A stretch of DNA of 30,862 nt from a virus (taxonomy: Duplodnaviria > Heunggongvirae > Uroviricota > Caudoviricetes): the IMG/VR virus record IMGVR_UViG_3300042398_001452. One strand, given 5' to 3'. Within the stretch, counting starts at the first letter, position 1, and the number at the start of each line of letters is the position of its first letter. The translations under genes and the position numbers were made by a program. The notes beneath the pieces were generated by a model that was not told where the DNA came from, did not search any database, and saw only the letters and a list, made by a program, of their open reading frames with translations. Shown here piece after piece: positions 29,353 through 30,862 of this stretch.

Positions 29353-30862
29353 ATGTCATCAAATAAAGAGATAAAGGTTCTATCTGAGAGAGAACACATT
29401 TTATTAAGACCAACAGTTTATGTAGGAAGTGTAAAGCCCACTGACGAAAAGACTCCTATAATAAGAAATAACAAGATTTTTATTGAATCTAAGAAGCTTT
29501 CGGTGGGAATGTATAAATTATTCGATGAGGTTTTTTCAAATGCTTTAGACGAAGCTAAACGTATGAATGGCAAAATGAAAAGCATTCATATAGAAGTGAG
29601 TACGAAGGATAATAGTATTTCTGTTAGAGATACGGGGAATGGTTTTTATAAAGGAACAGATATCAATAAAGTCAGCGGTAAGACAAATATAGAAACCGCA
29701 GTTTCTCAACTTAGAGCCGGATCTAATTTTGAAAATGATGATGTTGAGGAATCATTAGTAGGTACTAATGGGATGGGTGTTAGCTTAGTGAATGTTCTTT
29801 CAAAGTATTTTTCTATAGAAACAATAAATGAAAAAAATTATTATTTTCAAGAGTGGAAAAACTACGAAGGTGAATCTCCTAAAATAGAAAAGAACATATC
29901 AAAATCTAAAACAGGGACAACGGTTAGATTTAAGCCTCTTTCTGATGTTTTTGGATATGATAAATGGGATAAAGAGGTTCTTTCATCTATTCTTATACTA
30001 AAGTATGATCTTATAAAAAGAGATTCAATTCTTTCTAAACTTGATATGGATCTTATTTGGGACGGAGAAAAGATAGATCTTAATGTTGAGTTTTTACCAC
30101 AGGAGTGTTTTAAAATAAACACAGAGATAGGACAAATAACTATATGGGAAAAGTATGAAGGATCAGGACCTATAAGTTTTGTAAATTCTGCTATGTGTAC
30201 TGGTATTCACCAGAAGATAATAAACGACTTTATTAACAATAAACTTGATGATACCTTAGGACATCACTTTTACGATTCTATGATCGTTCTTAACTTGCCT
30301 CCTAAATATGTAAAATTCGGGGATCAAAACAAAACTAGATTTGTTACAACTAGAGAGGAAATAGAAAATTTATTAACTAATAAATTTGGATCAAAGCTTC
30401 AGGGACTTTTTAAAACAGAGCTATTTGATAGAATACAGAAGAAAGTAGACGAAAGAAAAAATGAGGGCTACGTAAAAAAACTGAGAGCAGAAAAGAGGAA
30501 GGTTAATCTTAAACATTCACATAAATATTTTCCAGCACAAAAAGCAGTAGCTGAAAATCTTTTTATAGTTGAAGGATTATCTGCTATGGGATCTATATTA
30601 CAGAAAAGAAATCCAAAGGATGATGGTGTATATGCTTTAAAAGGTAAAATAAAAAATTGTAGAAATATAGGGGATTTATCTGATAATAAAGAGATACTTG
30701 AATTGATGCAAATTTTAGGATTGGACCCATCATCTAGAAATAATGAGATAGTGGGTTACAAGAAAATAATAATTGCAACAGATCCTGACCCCGATGGATC
30801 TCACATAACATCACTTCTAATAAATCTATTTTATAGATGGTTTCCTATGGTAATTAAAACAA
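29353..30862 (+). CDS. 39: Type IIA DNA topoisomerase large subunit (gp39+gp60 / GyrB-ParE-like), 3'-truncated by the window; missed by the ORF track
   Basis: Manual translation: MSSNKEIKVLSEREHILLRPTVYVGSV, LFDEVFSNALDE, VRDTGNG, AGSNF, GTNGMGVSLVN (GHKL ATPase), LFIVEGLSA, LKGK and IATDPDPDGSHI (TOPRIM), all in one frame. Confidence 0.95.
   Translation, partial: MSSNKEIKVLSEREHILLRPTVYVGSVKPTDEKTPIIRNNKIFIESKKLSVGMYKLFDEVFSNALDEAKRMNGKMKSIHIEVSTKDNSISVRDTGNGFYKGTDINKVSGKTNIETAVSQLRAGSNFENDDVEESLVGTNGMGVSLVNVLSKYFSIETINEKNYYFQEWKNYEGESPKIEKNISKSKTGTTVRFKPLSDVFGYDKWDKEVLSSILILKYDLIKRDSILSKLDMDLIWDGEKIDLNVEFLPQECFKINTEIGQITIWEKYEGSGPISFVNSAMCTGIHQKIINDFINNKLDDTLGHHFYDSMIVLNLPPKYVKFGDQNKTRFVTTREEIENLLTNKFGSKLQGLFKTELFDRIQKKVDERKNEGYVKKLRAEKRKVNLKHSHKYFPAQKAVAENLFIVEGLSAMGSILQKRNPKDDGVYALKGKIKNCRNIGDLSDNKEILELMQILGLDPSSRNNEIVGYKKIIIATDPDPDGSHITSLLINLFYRWFPMVIKT

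Overview
This window is a gene-dense, AT-rich segment of a large T4-like (myovirus/jumbo-type) phage genome, almost entirely on the + strand and read in the standard code. A Bacteroidota host is inferred from Hc1-like and DUF4494-like small genes, Bacteroidota-type NrdAB and short-LID Adk, and A-rich starts lacking Shine-Dalgarno motifs. Gene order: tail-fibre end, possible lysis protein and structural genes; RuvC-like nuclease, gp32 SSB, gp61 primase, UvsY, UvsW; a block of small, probably head-packaged proteins plus a degenerate ligase/nucleotidyltransferase fusion; an MBD4-like glycosylase; the N-terminal half only of a family B DNA polymerase; gp56-like dCTPase/dUTPase; nrdB and nrdA separated by a modular collagen-like fibre gene; Adk, GT2-TPR glycosyltransferase, DUF192; and a type II topoisomerase large subunit running off the end. 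The ORF track missed three genes (15360-15539, 15850-16026, 29353-end). The most notable patterns are: (i) a shared capsid-targeting-like peptide (I/L-x-x-F-x-x-F, often followed by I/L-x-E) on about a dozen unrelated proteins, including adenylate kinase, found at N-termini and also at C-termini; (ii) two candidate promoter classes (RATATATA versus GAAAC-N17/18-TAWAA) that sort genes by function, with one late-type motif inside a terminator loop; (iii) a PolB split in the fingers domain with no partner half in the window. All family assignments come from motif recognition by eye, not from database searches.
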